From Rhizomicrobium sp. (GTDB lineage Bacteria > Pseudomonadota > Alphaproteobacteria > Micropepsales > Micropepsaceae), in assembly GCA_036500585.1 (NCBI GenBank), contig DASYBT010000029.1:1-32000 (forward strand): DNA of 32,000 nt, written 5' to 3'. Both the position numbers and the translations under genes were made by a program. Positions within the stretch are counted from its first letter, which is position 1, and every line of letters begins with the position of its first letter. Below are positions 22,783 to 30,941 of this stretch, one piece after another. The notes beneath the pieces are model-generated. The model did not search any database. It saw only the letters and a list, made by a program, of their open reading frames with translations, and was not told the DNA's origin.

Positions 22783-23196
22783 TTACGCCGGCAGCTCCTG
22801 CGCGCCGCCGAGAACGATCGCGGCGGAGTGCAGCAGGGTGGGGGATGTGCCGCCGGTGAAGGCGACCGTGCTCACCGCGCGAATCCAGCGCTTGGCGCCG
22901 AGCAGATCGACGCTGGCCGACGCATTGCTATTCACCGCCGTGATCTGGCTGATCGCCGCGCCGTCGATATCGGCGGCGTTGGTGCCGGAATTGTCGTCCG
23001 CCGACTGAAGCTTGCAATCGAGCGTCTGCGTGCTGGGCGAGCCGGATGCCGCGCCGGTCTGCGCGAACAGCAGGCAGCTCTGATAGCCGAGGCGGTCAGT
23101 CCAGCCGCCATTAACAGTGCCGGCCGAAGAGGCCTGCGGTGCGACACCGGGCTTGCCTTTGATGAAGGCCCCGATGTTGTTGGAAAGCGGGTCCAT
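22783..23196 (-). CDS. Head-associated hypothetical protein (137 aa; possible decoration/accessory protein, by position)
   Basis: ATG 23196 is preceded by GGAGACGAAG. It is the first gene after the capsid gene. The product starts MDPLSNNIGAFIKGKPGVAPQASSAGTVNGGWTDRLGYQSCLLFAQ.... Confidence 0.55.
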   Translation of the reverse strand: MDPLSNNIGAFIKGKPGVAPQASSAGTVNGGWTDRLGYQSCLLFAQTGAASGSPSTQTLDCKLQSADDNSGTNAADIDGAAISQITAVNSNASASVDLLGAKRWIRAVSTVAFTGGTSPTLLHSAAIVLGGAQELPA

Positions 23197-23294
23197 TGTC
23201 TTCGTCTCCGATTTGAGGTGCGAGTGCGCCCCCGCGCTTTCACGCGGGACGCGCAATTCACAGGTTCTTGGGATTTGCTTTGGCGAGAATCGGC

Positions 23295-25595
23295 TTACGA
23301 CCAGGTCACGCCCGTCAGCACAGCGGTCGAGGGATCGTGGCGCATGTTGAAGTCATGCTCCTCGATGACGCGGATCACCGTTTGGTCGTTCGAGAACGCC
23401 GACACCACCGTATTGCTATCGGTGTTGTATGCCGCCTCGTTCGACACATCGATGCGCAGACCAGGAACCTCGGCGATAACAGCATCGGCGAAGTCGGTAA
23501 GGTAGATTTCAGAATCCGATCCAGAGCCGAGGTTGATCGGAATGTTATTGGTGACCGCATAGGCAAAGCCATTCAGCTTGCCCTGGTTCATCTCGTCCCG
23601 ATAGATGTATTGGTTGTTCGCATTCTGCAGATTGTAGAGGTAGTTGCGCGAGCGCCACGCGAACATCCAGCCGGGACGTAGCATCCGGCAATTCGAATTG
23701 GTGAGCGCGTTCTGCAGCTTCTTCAGGTCGTCGTTGGTATTGGTAGCGCTGACGGTGCCATTAGCGGCGATGACGTTGGAGCTGGGTGCTGCATTGCGCA
23801 TGCCGCGTGGTGTGTACTCGGTGCCAGAACCGCGAATGAACGCCACGTCTTCGGCTTGGGCAATCGCCGTCACCATGTCGTCCCGGACGACCTGATCGGC
23901 CTGCGGGCTCGCGAACGCGAGCAGATCGTTGGAAATCGGCACCAGCGCCGCAAGTTTCTTGGCGCTGAACTTCACCTGCGCCGTTCCGAGATCCTGTCCG
24001 ACGATTGGCTTGTTTTCGCCGACATAACCAGCGTTTGCCCCGGAAGCGAGACGCGGCATAGAGGTGTTGCCGCCCGGCATGGGGAGAATGATCGGATTCA
24101 GCTTGCGCACAGCAGAAGCCGGACGCAGGAACTCGATCACCTCGGCCGCATACTGCTCTGGCACGAGGAAGCCGCCGGACGCGCCGACCCCGGCCGCCAT
24201 GGCGCGGGTGAGCAGCGGATCGCCCCACATCCGGCCCGAGATGTCGAGCGGCGAAAATCCGCTGCGCTTGGCGAACGCCAGGCAGCGCAGCATGCGCGCG
24301 GCCATCTCGCCTTTTTCCGGATCGCGCTTGATGCCGCCGCGGATCACATTTGGATTGCTGGCGAACGGATTGCTGGCGTCCGTCTGCGGCGATGCGCGGT
24401 CGAGCTTGGCCGCTTCGTCGATCGCCAGGGTACGGAACGCATCGAGCGGCGTTTCCTTGCGGACGTGCTCGGCAGCGAGTTCATCCGCAAGACCGAGCTT
24501 CTTGGCGATATCGGCGATGCCGTCGCGGCGTTCCTGTTCGGCCTTGATGCCGAACTGCACGCCCGCCTGAATGGCGGAGCGCGTGTTGGCATCGAGTTCG
24601 GCGGCAACAGCGCCCGCCGGCGCGGTAGTCTCTTTCATGGTGGTGGTTTCCCTTTCGGAAATGGCGGGCGGAGTCCCGCGGGTTGAACCGTGCGGTTGCG
24701 CGGACCGGAATCCGGCAACCACATCGGCAGGCATCGGGCACCCGGAGACCTCGTAAGGCTCCCAATCGGTGACCGTGTGAACGGATGGCGTCTGCGTGTC
24801 GTCGATCTCGACCTTGTGCGTGGCGTAGCCGACGGAAAGCCCCGTCAGGATGCCGTCGCAGGCGTCCTGGAATGCTGCGTCGCCGCCAGGATTGCGCGAG
24901 AAGCGGACGGTGCCTGCGAGCTGGCGATTTTCGATGCGGGCGCTGCCTGGCACCACGGCGCCGATCATCGCGCGCAAACCGCTGTAGTAATCATGGCTGT
25001 CGAGCATCGCCGCGCCCTTGTTCATGCGGTCGAGACGGACGGATTTCGGATCGTGCTTCAGCACCTCGACGTAATCGCCGTCGCTCCAGCTCGAGCGCTG
25101 GACAGGCGTTTCCGTCGAGAAGATGCAATCGATGGTTCGCTCGGCATGATTGATCGTGCCGGGCACGAGCTGCACCGAGGCCGCGCGGTAGCAGAGGCGC
25201 GGCGCCACGATGTCGCGCGTCTCCAGGCCTTCCTGCGATGTCTTCTTTCCGTCTTCGCTTTTCTGGTTCATCTCGTCCATGAGGCGGCCGGCGGCGTCAT
25301 AGACGTCCGTGTCGTTCTGTTGTGCCGATCGCGAACGGATGGCTCGCAGCGCGGAGCGATAGACCTTGCCGTTCTTGCCGAACGGGTACTTGAAGCGCTC
25401 CTTGGTCCGCTCGGTGGCATCAGTGTCTTCGCCGAGAAACCACTTCGTGTAGGCGTCCCAATTGTCGCCGCCTTCGCCGAGCAGCGCGTCTTCGTCGGAC
25501 GCGTCGAAGCTCCACGGATCGGAATCGTTGTCGTCGCCATTGGCGATCAGCTGCGAGGCGTGGCGCTCGCCCGCCTTGTTCAGAACAAGCGTCAT
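23295..25595 (-). CDS. Fusion: N-terminal acidic domain + HK97-type prohead serine protease + HK97-fold major capsid protein
   Basis: The protease part contains ...MLDSHDYYSGLRAMIGAV...GILTGLSVGYATHKVEIDD (the HD and SVGY motifs). The capsid part contains ...FLRPASAVRKLNPIILPMPGGNTSMPRLASGANAGYVGENKPI...KLAALVPISNDLL...EDVAFIRGSGT.... The product is 766 aa. The start forms an ATGA overlap with the portal gene. Confidence 0.85.
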   Translation of the reverse strand: MTLVLNKAGERHASQLIANGDDNDSDPWSFDASDEDALLGEGGDNWDAYTKWFLGEDTDATERTKERFKYPFGKNGKVYRSALRAIRSRSAQQNDTDVYDAAGRLMDEMNQKSEDGKKTSQEGLETRDIVAPRLCYRAASVQLVPGTINHAERTIDCIFSTETPVQRSSWSDGDYVEVLKHDPKSVRLDRMNKGAAMLDSHDYYSGLRAMIGAVVPGSARIENRQLAGTVRFSRNPGGDAAFQDACDGILTGLSVGYATHKVEIDDTQTPSVHTVTDWEPYEVSGCPMPADVVAGFRSAQPHGSTRGTPPAISERETTTMKETTAPAGAVAAELDANTRSAIQAGVQFGIKAEQERRDGIADIAKKLGLADELAAEHVRKETPLDAFRTLAIDEAAKLDRASPQTDASNPFASNPNVIRGGIKRDPEKGEMAARMLRCLAFAKRSGFSPLDISGRMWGDPLLTRAMAAGVGASGGFLVPEQYAAEVIEFLRPASAVRKLNPIILPMPGGNTSMPRLASGANAGYVGENKPIVGQDLGTAQVKFSAKKLAALVPISNDLLAFASPQADQVVRDDMVTAIAQAEDVAFIRGSGTEYTPRGMRNAAPSSNVIAANGTVSATNTNDDLKKLQNALTNSNCRMLRPGWMFAWRSRNYLYNLQNANNQYIYRDEMNQGKLNGFAYAVTNNIPINLGSGSDSEIYLTDFADAVIAEVPGLRIDVSNEAAYNTDSNTVVSAFSNDQTVIRVIEEHDFNMRHDPSTAVLTGVTWS

Positions 25596-27199
25596 TTCGG
25601 ATTTTCTCCTTCAGAGGACTGGCTGGCGTCTTCCTCGCCGGCCGGCGTTTCGGTAGCGCCGTCGCCGGCGCCTTCAGGACGCAGCCCCGGCGACGTGGCG
25701 GCGCCGGGCTTGCTCACCAGCGCGGCGTCGGCATCGGACACGACGCCGCCCTTCACGAGCGCGTTGTGCCAATCGATGGCTTCGGCCAGCACGCGCTCCG
25801 GATCGCCGCCGCGACGCCGGATGCGCTCCTGCGGCGATGTCAGCAGTGCGCGGATCGATGCCACGTCGTCCTGCGTATCTTTCAGCCGGTCCACCGACTC
25901 GAACATCGGCACGGTGTGATCGACCGTGTACGGAACGCCGCGCGGAAGCTCGCCGGCGACCACGCACGCATCGATGAAGGCGCGATAAACGGGCGTCGCC
26001 CACATCGGGATGAAGGTGAGCCATTGCATGGTTTCGCAAGAGCGGCGGAACTCGTTGGCGCCGGCCTTGAGCGATGAGAAATTTCCCTGCGACAGATCGC
26101 CGGTGATCTGCTCGTACATCACGTCCCAGGCCGCGGCGAGGTCACGCGCATTGACCGCGCGCACGGCGGAATAGGTGTTGTCCGTTGCGATGGGGGTGAA
26201 CTCGACCTTCTTGCCGCCGCGCGCGATGGCAATCATCCCGGGCTCGAACGCCTCGATGCGGTTGCCTGCGGCGTCCTCGACCACGGGCCCGTTCGGACCG
26301 ATATCCGGCGACGGCTTGCCATCGGCGGTCTGCGTCGATCCGGCAATACCGGCTTCGTCTTCATCGTCCGCGCCCAACACCACGGCGACCTGACAGGCCT
26401 GGAGGCGTTTGCGCATCAGCTCGGACATCCAATAGTCCTGTCCGTGCCTGGCATCGATCATGCCGGGCGTAAGCCACGGCACGCCGCGCACCTGGCCGAT
26501 GCGCTCGACCTCGTAAAGATGCAGCACCGACTTCGCGTCGATGCGATCGGTCTCGTACGACTGCAGCGATCCCGGAATGAATTCGCCGGGATGCTCGCGG
26601 AACAGCCAATAGCCGGCGCGCTTGCCATCCTGCAGCTCGACGCCCTGCACGATGCGGCCGTTGTCCAGCCGCTCGTTCTTGCGGTGATCGAGGAAGTCGC
26701 CTTCCAGCAACTGCAGCTCTAGCGGAATCTTGCGCGCGCGGCCGCGGCTTACGATGCGCAACCGCGTGAGCTCTTCGCCGCCCTCGATCATCGAGCGATA
26801 GGCGAGCGCCTGCAGCCCGTAGATGTCGAGTTGGCCGGCGTAGTCGCACTCGTCGGCGAAGCGCTGCCACAGATCGGCGATCTTCTTGTTGAGAAGCTGG
26901 TCGCCGGTCTGCGGCTGCGGAATGATGCCGGTCCCGATGACGTTGTTCTTGAGCACGCGCACCGCTTTGCGCGCCATGCCGTGACCGCGCACGAGATCGC
27001 GCGAGCGATTGCGCAGGGTGACCAGGTCGCCATAGATCTCGGCGTTGGCGGAGGTCGAGGCAGCCAGCCAGCCATAGGTGGCGCGCGAATGGCGCGCAGC
27101 TTCGTAGCGGCGCAGCTGCAGGAGCTGGCGTGCGGCTTCGCGCTTCAGCGCGGCGCGCGGGCTGATGGCCTCGATGGCCCTTTCGAGAAGCGAGGCCAT
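25592..27199 (-). CDS. Portal protein, lambda (gpB) family
   Basis: ATG 27199 (MASLLERAIEAISPRAALKREAARQLLQLRRYEAARHSRATYGWLAASTSANAEI...) lies inside tracked ORF 25592..27487. It forms a TGATG overlap with gpW. It sits between the gpW and protease genes. Confidence 0.9.
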   Translation of the reverse strand: MASLLERAIEAISPRAALKREAARQLLQLRRYEAARHSRATYGWLAASTSANAEIYGDLVTLRNRSRDLVRGHGMARKAVRVLKNNVIGTGIIPQPQTGDQLLNKKIADLWQRFADECDYAGQLDIYGLQALAYRSMIEGGEELTRLRIVSRGRARKIPLELQLLEGDFLDHRKNERLDNGRIVQGVELQDGKRAGYWLFREHPGEFIPGSLQSYETDRIDAKSVLHLYEVERIGQVRGVPWLTPGMIDARHGQDYWMSELMRKRLQACQVAVVLGADDEDEAGIAGSTQTADGKPSPDIGPNGPVVEDAAGNRIEAFEPGMIAIARGGKKVEFTPIATDNTYSAVRAVNARDLAAAWDVMYEQITGDLSQGNFSSLKAGANEFRRSCETMQWLTFIPMWATPVYRAFIDACVVAGELPRGVPYTVDHTVPMFESVDRLKDTQDDVASIRALLTSPQERIRRRGGDPERVLAEAIDWHNALVKGGVVSDADAALVSKPGAATSPGLRPEGAGDGATETPAGEEDASQSSEGENPK

Positions 27200-27408
27200 C
27201 AGCGGCGAAGGAACACGGTCGGGTGATAGAGCGGCCGCTTGCGGCCGGTGACGGACTGGTTCTGCACCTCCTTGATCATGCGGTCGCGCAGGGCGAGCAT
27301 TTCCGGAATCGAGCCATAAGTGACGCGCTTGTCGCCGTAGTCGACCTGCGTGACGCCGGACGCGATCGCGTTGGTGAGCGCGTCGATCTGCGCTTGCGTG
27401 AAGGTCAT
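27199..27408 (-). CDS. Head-tail joining protein gpW-like
   Basis: The product is MTFTQAQIDALTNAIASGVTQVDYGDKRVTYGSIPEMLALRDRMIKEV.... The start is ATG 27408, with GTG 27417 as an alternative. The gene order terL ... gpW - portal matches lambda. Confidence 0.8.
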   Translation of the reverse strand: MTFTQAQIDALTNAIASGVTQVDYGDKRVTYGSIPEMLALRDRMIKEVQNQSVTGRKRPLYHPTVFLRR

Positions 27409-27413
27409 ATGAT

Positions 27414-27539
27414 TCACTTCTTTCTGCGACCTGGTCGCGTGATCGTGTCGAGCGCTGCCAAAATGGCGAACGCGATCCCGAACACACCGATGAGCACGCC
27501 GGCGATCAGGGCCAGCCCGAGAAGGATCGCCGTCAGCAT
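27414..27539 (-). CDS. Very small membrane protein (41 aa)
   Basis: ATG 27539 is preceded by AAAGGAA. The product is MLTAILLGLALIAGVLIGVFGIAFAILAALDTITRPGRRKK. The longer tracked ORF (27414..27659) is an extension through a REP copy. Confidence 0.5.
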   Translation of the reverse strand: MLTAILLGLALIAGVLIGVFGIAFAILAALDTITRPGRRKK

Positions 27540-27600
27540 CGCCAGTTCCTTTCGGAGCAATGAAACGACGGCGGCACGCGACTTTGCCGCCGTCTCTTTG

Positions 27601-27625
27601 GCGAACACGCTCTCGCGCGCTTCGC
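27601..27625 (-). repeat. REP-like hairpin repeat, copy 6
   Basis: GCGAACACGCTCTCGCGCGCTTCGC on the plus strand. It is preceded by a perfect 9-bp GC hairpin (27567-27575 / 27586-27594). Confidence 0.8.
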
Positions 27626-27686
27626 TGTTTGGGCGCGCGACATGCCGTCCGCGCACCAATCGCCGCCCTCCGCGCGCCAGTCCTCG

Positions 27687-27711
27687 GCGAACACGCTCTC
27701 GCGTGCTTCGC
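27687..27711 (-). repeat. REP-like hairpin repeat, copy 7
   Basis: GCGAACACGCTCTCGCGTGCTTCGC on the plus strand, 86 nt from copy 6 in the same orientation. Confidence 0.8.
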
Positions 27712-27744
27712 TGGGCAGACGCGCGTGTCGCCGGCGCCGGAAAT

Positions 27745-27936
27745 TCAGGCCAACGGGTAAATCACTTCCCCTGGGATCATCTCGTCGGGCAATTCCTCGT
27801 CGAGCCTGACGGGCTTGAAGAAATAGTTTCGATTGCGGCATGCGGCGATGGCGCTGTCGCGTGTCGCGAACACGCCCTGGAAATCCCAGATCGCGCCATC
27901 GGCCGTCTGCTTCCGAAACTGTCCGACCAGGAACAT
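27745..27936 (-). CDS. Small phage hypothetical protein (63 aa)
   Basis: The product is MFLVGQFRKQTADGAIWDFQGVFATRDSAIAACRNRNYFFKPVRLDEELPDEMIPGEVIYPLA, with balanced composition. It lies 24 nt after the terL stop. Confidence 0.6.
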   Translation of the reverse strand: MFLVGQFRKQTADGAIWDFQGVFATRDSAIAACRNRNYFFKPVRLDEELPDEMIPGEVIYPLA

Positions 27937-27960
27937 CGCCTTTTCCTTTTCACGTGTGAT

Positions 27961-30147
27961 TCAGCGCAGCCAGAATTTCGGCCGCACCTTGATGGGCGGC
28001 TTCGTTGCCACCTCCGGCCTCACCGCTTTCTGCGGGGCTTCACCGATCCGGCTGGCATGTGCCAGCAGGTCGTCGGCGCCGCCCTGATCGGGCGGTGCAT
28101 GCAAGGCTGCACGCGCGGCCCACTTGGCCGGCGTGTAGCGGTCGAGCCCCAGATGCGAGGCCATGGCGCGGGCGCCGACCCAGATGTCGAGCTGCTCGTT
28201 CGCCTGGCCGGCGCGCCTCTTCCAGATGCGCCGCGCAATGCCGTCGCGCGTTTCGACGGTTTCCAGAAACTCCGCCGTGATCTGCGCGAAGAACGCCTCG
28301 TCGCAGTTCTTCGGAAAGCGCGTGCAGCCGGCCGGCCACAATCCCGTCAGCTCGCTCGGACCTTCGATCGTCTTGGCGAGGCTGGCATAGAGCGCGCTCT
28401 TCAGCGGATGCGTGCCGAGCGGCCACAACAGCACGCCCTTCTTCACCACCTTGCCGCGCCAGTTCACATCCTGCTTGCGCGGCGTGCCGACGAACGGCCG
28501 CGTGGCGCCGTCGCGTCCGTCCGTCGCGTACACGTTCGGGCGGCGGCGCGCGAAATTGTAGACCGCGTGACTGGCGTAGCCGGAATCCACGCCGAACGCC
28601 TCGACCGGCCAGGCGCGGCCATAGGCATCCTCGTACGGACGCGCGATGATCTCGGCGAGCGGCTGCCATGTGGTGTCGGCAAACGCATCGCCCATGATGA
28701 CGCCGAAATCGAGCAGCCACGCGGTCAGCTTCTCGCCCCATCCGTACACGGCCCATTCGAGGCGCGCCGGCGATTGCTGCACGTCGCAGAAGCCGGTGAT
28801 GGCGAGCACGCCATCGGGCAGCAGCGGACCTTTCTCGCGCTCCTCGCGGCGGCCGTAGAGCTTCAGATGATCGGGCGCCTCGCCGGTTTCCTCGTAAGCC
28901 TCGGCCAGCTGCTGCTGGGTAAAGGTCTTGAGCTTTTCCGGGATGTCCTTCGCATCGAGATACTCGCCGACGACGGATTCCCAATCGTGGAACGCGCTCT
29001 GGCCGCGCCACAGATGAAAACCGGGCTGGCGCCCGAAACTCTTGCGCGCGCGCGCCTGTTCGATTTCGGCCGCGGGGATCACATCGCCGGGACAGTGGTC
29101 GCCATCGTCTTCGGCCGGAAACGTCTTGATCCAGATCCCGCTCGCCAGCAGCGCCGGCTTCTGCCAGTGCGGGATCACACCACCGCAGCAAGGCGCCTTG
29201 AGATAAGCGCCATAAGGCGGTTTGTCGCTATCTCTTTCCAGGTGCGCGAAGCGGAACACGAAATAGTCGCTGCATTCCGGACACTGCCAATAGAACCGCC
29301 GCTGATCGGATTTTTCGTACAGCATGGTGATGCTGCACGAGCCTTTCAGCTTTGGCGTCGAGGTCCACAGCCGCTTGCCGCCGCTGCTGATGTGGGTCGA
29401 GTTGCGCTGCCGCGCCTGGTCGAGCGGATCGCCGCGGCCGCCGACATCGCGCGGATACTCGCTGATCTCATCGCCCCACACATGCTTGACGGTGATGAAC
29501 TGCAAGCCCTTCGACGAACCGGCATGCGTGATCTGGACGAAGCCGCCACGGAACCGCTTGAAGCTCGCCGTCGAGCTGTTCTCGTCACGGCTCTTGGCTT
29601 CCTTGACGCGATGCTTGAGCGACGGCGTCTCTTCGATCGTCGGCTGGAACTTGACGCGGTTGAACTTCTGCGCCTCGTCGATCGAGGGCTGGATCAGCAG
29701 CATCGCCGCCGGCGTCGCGTCGATCACGGAGCCGACCCAGTTGATGCCGACTTCCGTCTTGATCATCTGCGAGGCGCAAACGAGCGTGATCTCGACCGAG
29801 GGATCGTTGATCGACAGGCACTGCATCGGCTCGACGCCGTAGGGCGTCACGGCGTTGCGCCATTTGCCCGCCTTGCGCGAGCCGGACTCGGCGCTGACGT
29901 AGCGTTCCTCTTCCGCCCAGTCGGACACCGTGATGTCGGGCGGAACGGTCAGCCCGATCTCGAAGGTGGCGGCGATCAGCGCGCGGGCGGTGCCGAGGCC
30001 TGCGAAATGCGGCGCCCCGAGATCGACGCGGCGATCGTTGTTGGCGAACACGCTCCCGCGTGCTTCGCTGGTGTGGGCGAACACGCTCGAGCGCATCGTG
30101 CTGGTGAACGCGCTCCCGCGCGCTTTACTCGTCGCTGCCGCTTGCAT
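27961..30147 (-). CDS. terL: Terminase large subunit, lambda GpA family (5' end uncertain, lies in a REP array)
   Basis: ...ITVSDWAEEERYVSAESGSRKAGKWRNAVTPYGVEPMQCLS...VCASQMIKTEVGINWVG... and the C-terminal nuclease region fit the GpA family. The only canonical starts upstream of the conserved core are ATG 30147 and ATG 30096, both inside REP units. Confidence 0.93.
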   Translation of the reverse strand: MQAAATSKARGSAFTSTMRSSVFAHTSEARGSVFANNDRRVDLGAPHFAGLGTARALIAATFEIGLTVPPDITVSDWAEEERYVSAESGSRKAGKWRNAVTPYGVEPMQCLSINDPSVEITLVCASQMIKTEVGINWVGSVIDATPAAMLLIQPSIDEAQKFNRVKFQPTIEETPSLKHRVKEAKSRDENSSTASFKRFRGGFVQITHAGSSKGLQFITVKHVWGDEISEYPRDVGGRGDPLDQARQRNSTHISSGGKRLWTSTPKLKGSCSITMLYEKSDQRRFYWQCPECSDYFVFRFAHLERDSDKPPYGAYLKAPCCGGVIPHWQKPALLASGIWIKTFPAEDDGDHCPGDVIPAAEIEQARARKSFGRQPGFHLWRGQSAFHDWESVVGEYLDAKDIPEKLKTFTQQQLAEAYEETGEAPDHLKLYGRREEREKGPLLPDGVLAITGFCDVQQSPARLEWAVYGWGEKLTAWLLDFGVIMGDAFADTTWQPLAEIIARPYEDAYGRAWPVEAFGVDSGYASHAVYNFARRRPNVYATDGRDGATRPFVGTPRKQDVNWRGKVVKKGVLLWPLGTHPLKSALYASLAKTIEGPSELTGLWPAGCTRFPKNCDEAFFAQITAEFLETVETRDGIARRIWKRRAGQANEQLDIWVGARAMASHLGLDRYTPAKWAARAALHAPPDQGGADDLLAHASRIGEAPQKAVRPEVATKPPIKVRPKFWLR
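30044..30128 (-). repeat. Three tandem REP-like units, copies 8-10 (30044-30068, 30077-30101, 30104-30128)
   Basis: The units are GCGAACACGCTCCCGCGTGCTTCGC, GCGAACACGCTCGAGCGCATCGTGC and GTGAACGCGCTCCCGCGCGCTTTAC. Their spacing is 33 and 27 nt. They span the terS stop (30125-30127) and the 5' end of the terL ORF. Confidence 0.8.
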
Positions 30148-30718
30148 CGCCCGCTTCCGGCTGATCGCCGCCGCCGCCGAATATTTTTGCGAAGTCCGTT
30201 TTCAGATCGTCGATCAGCGCGCGGTTGGTCTCGCGCAGCAGCTGCTTGACCACCAGCGGGTCGCGCTCTTCCGCCAGGCGTTCGCACAGCGTTTGTTCCG
30301 GTGCCATCAGCTTGTCGCGCAAGGCGGTCACCGCATCGAGCGCTTCGTCCTGCAGCTTCGACGGATCGATGAGCTGTCCGATGGACTGCGCCCAGTCGCG
30401 TTCCGCTTCCCACGCACGGATTTCATCGACGCGGCCTTTCGCCCCTTTGCGCGACGCCGTGGCCGCGGATTTCGATTTCGGCGCGTCGCCGGCGTCGCCT
30501 TGCGCGGCCGATTGATCGGCGATGCGCGGATTGTCGGCGCGATGCTGGCGCAGCTCCTCGAGATCGACCAGGCCAGCATCGTCCAGCAGCGTGTCGTACT
30601 GTTGCAGGTAGCGCGACAGCGAGCTGCGGTTGATCTTCAGTTTCCGCGCCGCTTCCGCGGGCTTTACCCGGCCCGCATTGTTGCAGCGCGCTGCATCGGC
30701 CGGTGCAACGTGTTGCAT
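30125..30718 (-). CDS. terS: Terminase small subunit (N-terminal HTH)
   Basis: ATG 30718 is preceded by GGAGA; the tracked start 30748 is TTG. The product starts MQHVAPADAARCNNAGRVKPAEAARKLKINRSSLSRYLQQYD (HTH). The middle is acidic/basic and the C-terminal tail is Gly/Asp-rich. It lies directly upstream of terL and overlaps it. Confidence 0.75.
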   Translation of the reverse strand: MQHVAPADAARCNNAGRVKPAEAARKLKINRSSLSRYLQQYDTLLDDAGLVDLEELRQHRADNPRIADQSAAQGDAGDAPKSKSAATASRKGAKGRVDEIRAWEAERDWAQSIGQLIDPSKLQDEALDAVTALRDKLMAPEQTLCERLAEERDPLVVKQLLRETNRALIDDLKTDFAKIFGGGGDQPEAGDASGSDE

Positions 30719-30941
30719 CACTTTCAAAAGTCTCCACTGCAAAGCCAAAACGCGCAGCTTGCCCGTATTGCGCCGACGCCCAGGAAGGACCCAAGCCGGG
30801 CGTGTCGCGCGGGCAATCCGGCAAATTTGCCGCTTCGCGCGTCGCCTCAGCGCGACCCCAAAAAGCGAAGCGACCGGTCACCTGTTCGGGCCGGGCGCAT
30901 TTCACCATCCGGGTCATCAGTCAATGATTCGCAGCGATCCG
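30719..30941 (-). other. 223-bp non-coding region upstream of terS: candidate cos/terminase-recognition or late-promoter region
   Basis: It contains a perfect 14-bp palindrome CGGCAAATTTGCCG (30819-30832). There are also nested inverted repeats: CGCTTCGC (30831-30838) / GCGAAGCG (30865-30872), with inner GTCGC/GCGAC. GpA-type terminases are normally cos enzymes whose site lies just upstream of the small-subunit gene. Confidence 0.3.

Noticed and set aside
23243-23260. Hairpin CCCGCG-CTTTCA-CGCGGG downstream of the capsid gene as a terminator
   Set aside because: The stem is only 6 bp, and there is no U-tract on the transcribed (minus) strand. At most it is a weak mRNA-stabilising stem, so I did not call it.
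27223-30249. 1008-aa plus-strand ORF
   Set aside because: It is antisense to gpW, the small ORFs and terL. It is Arg/Ala-rich, and the minus strand carries unmistakable GpA terminase motifs.
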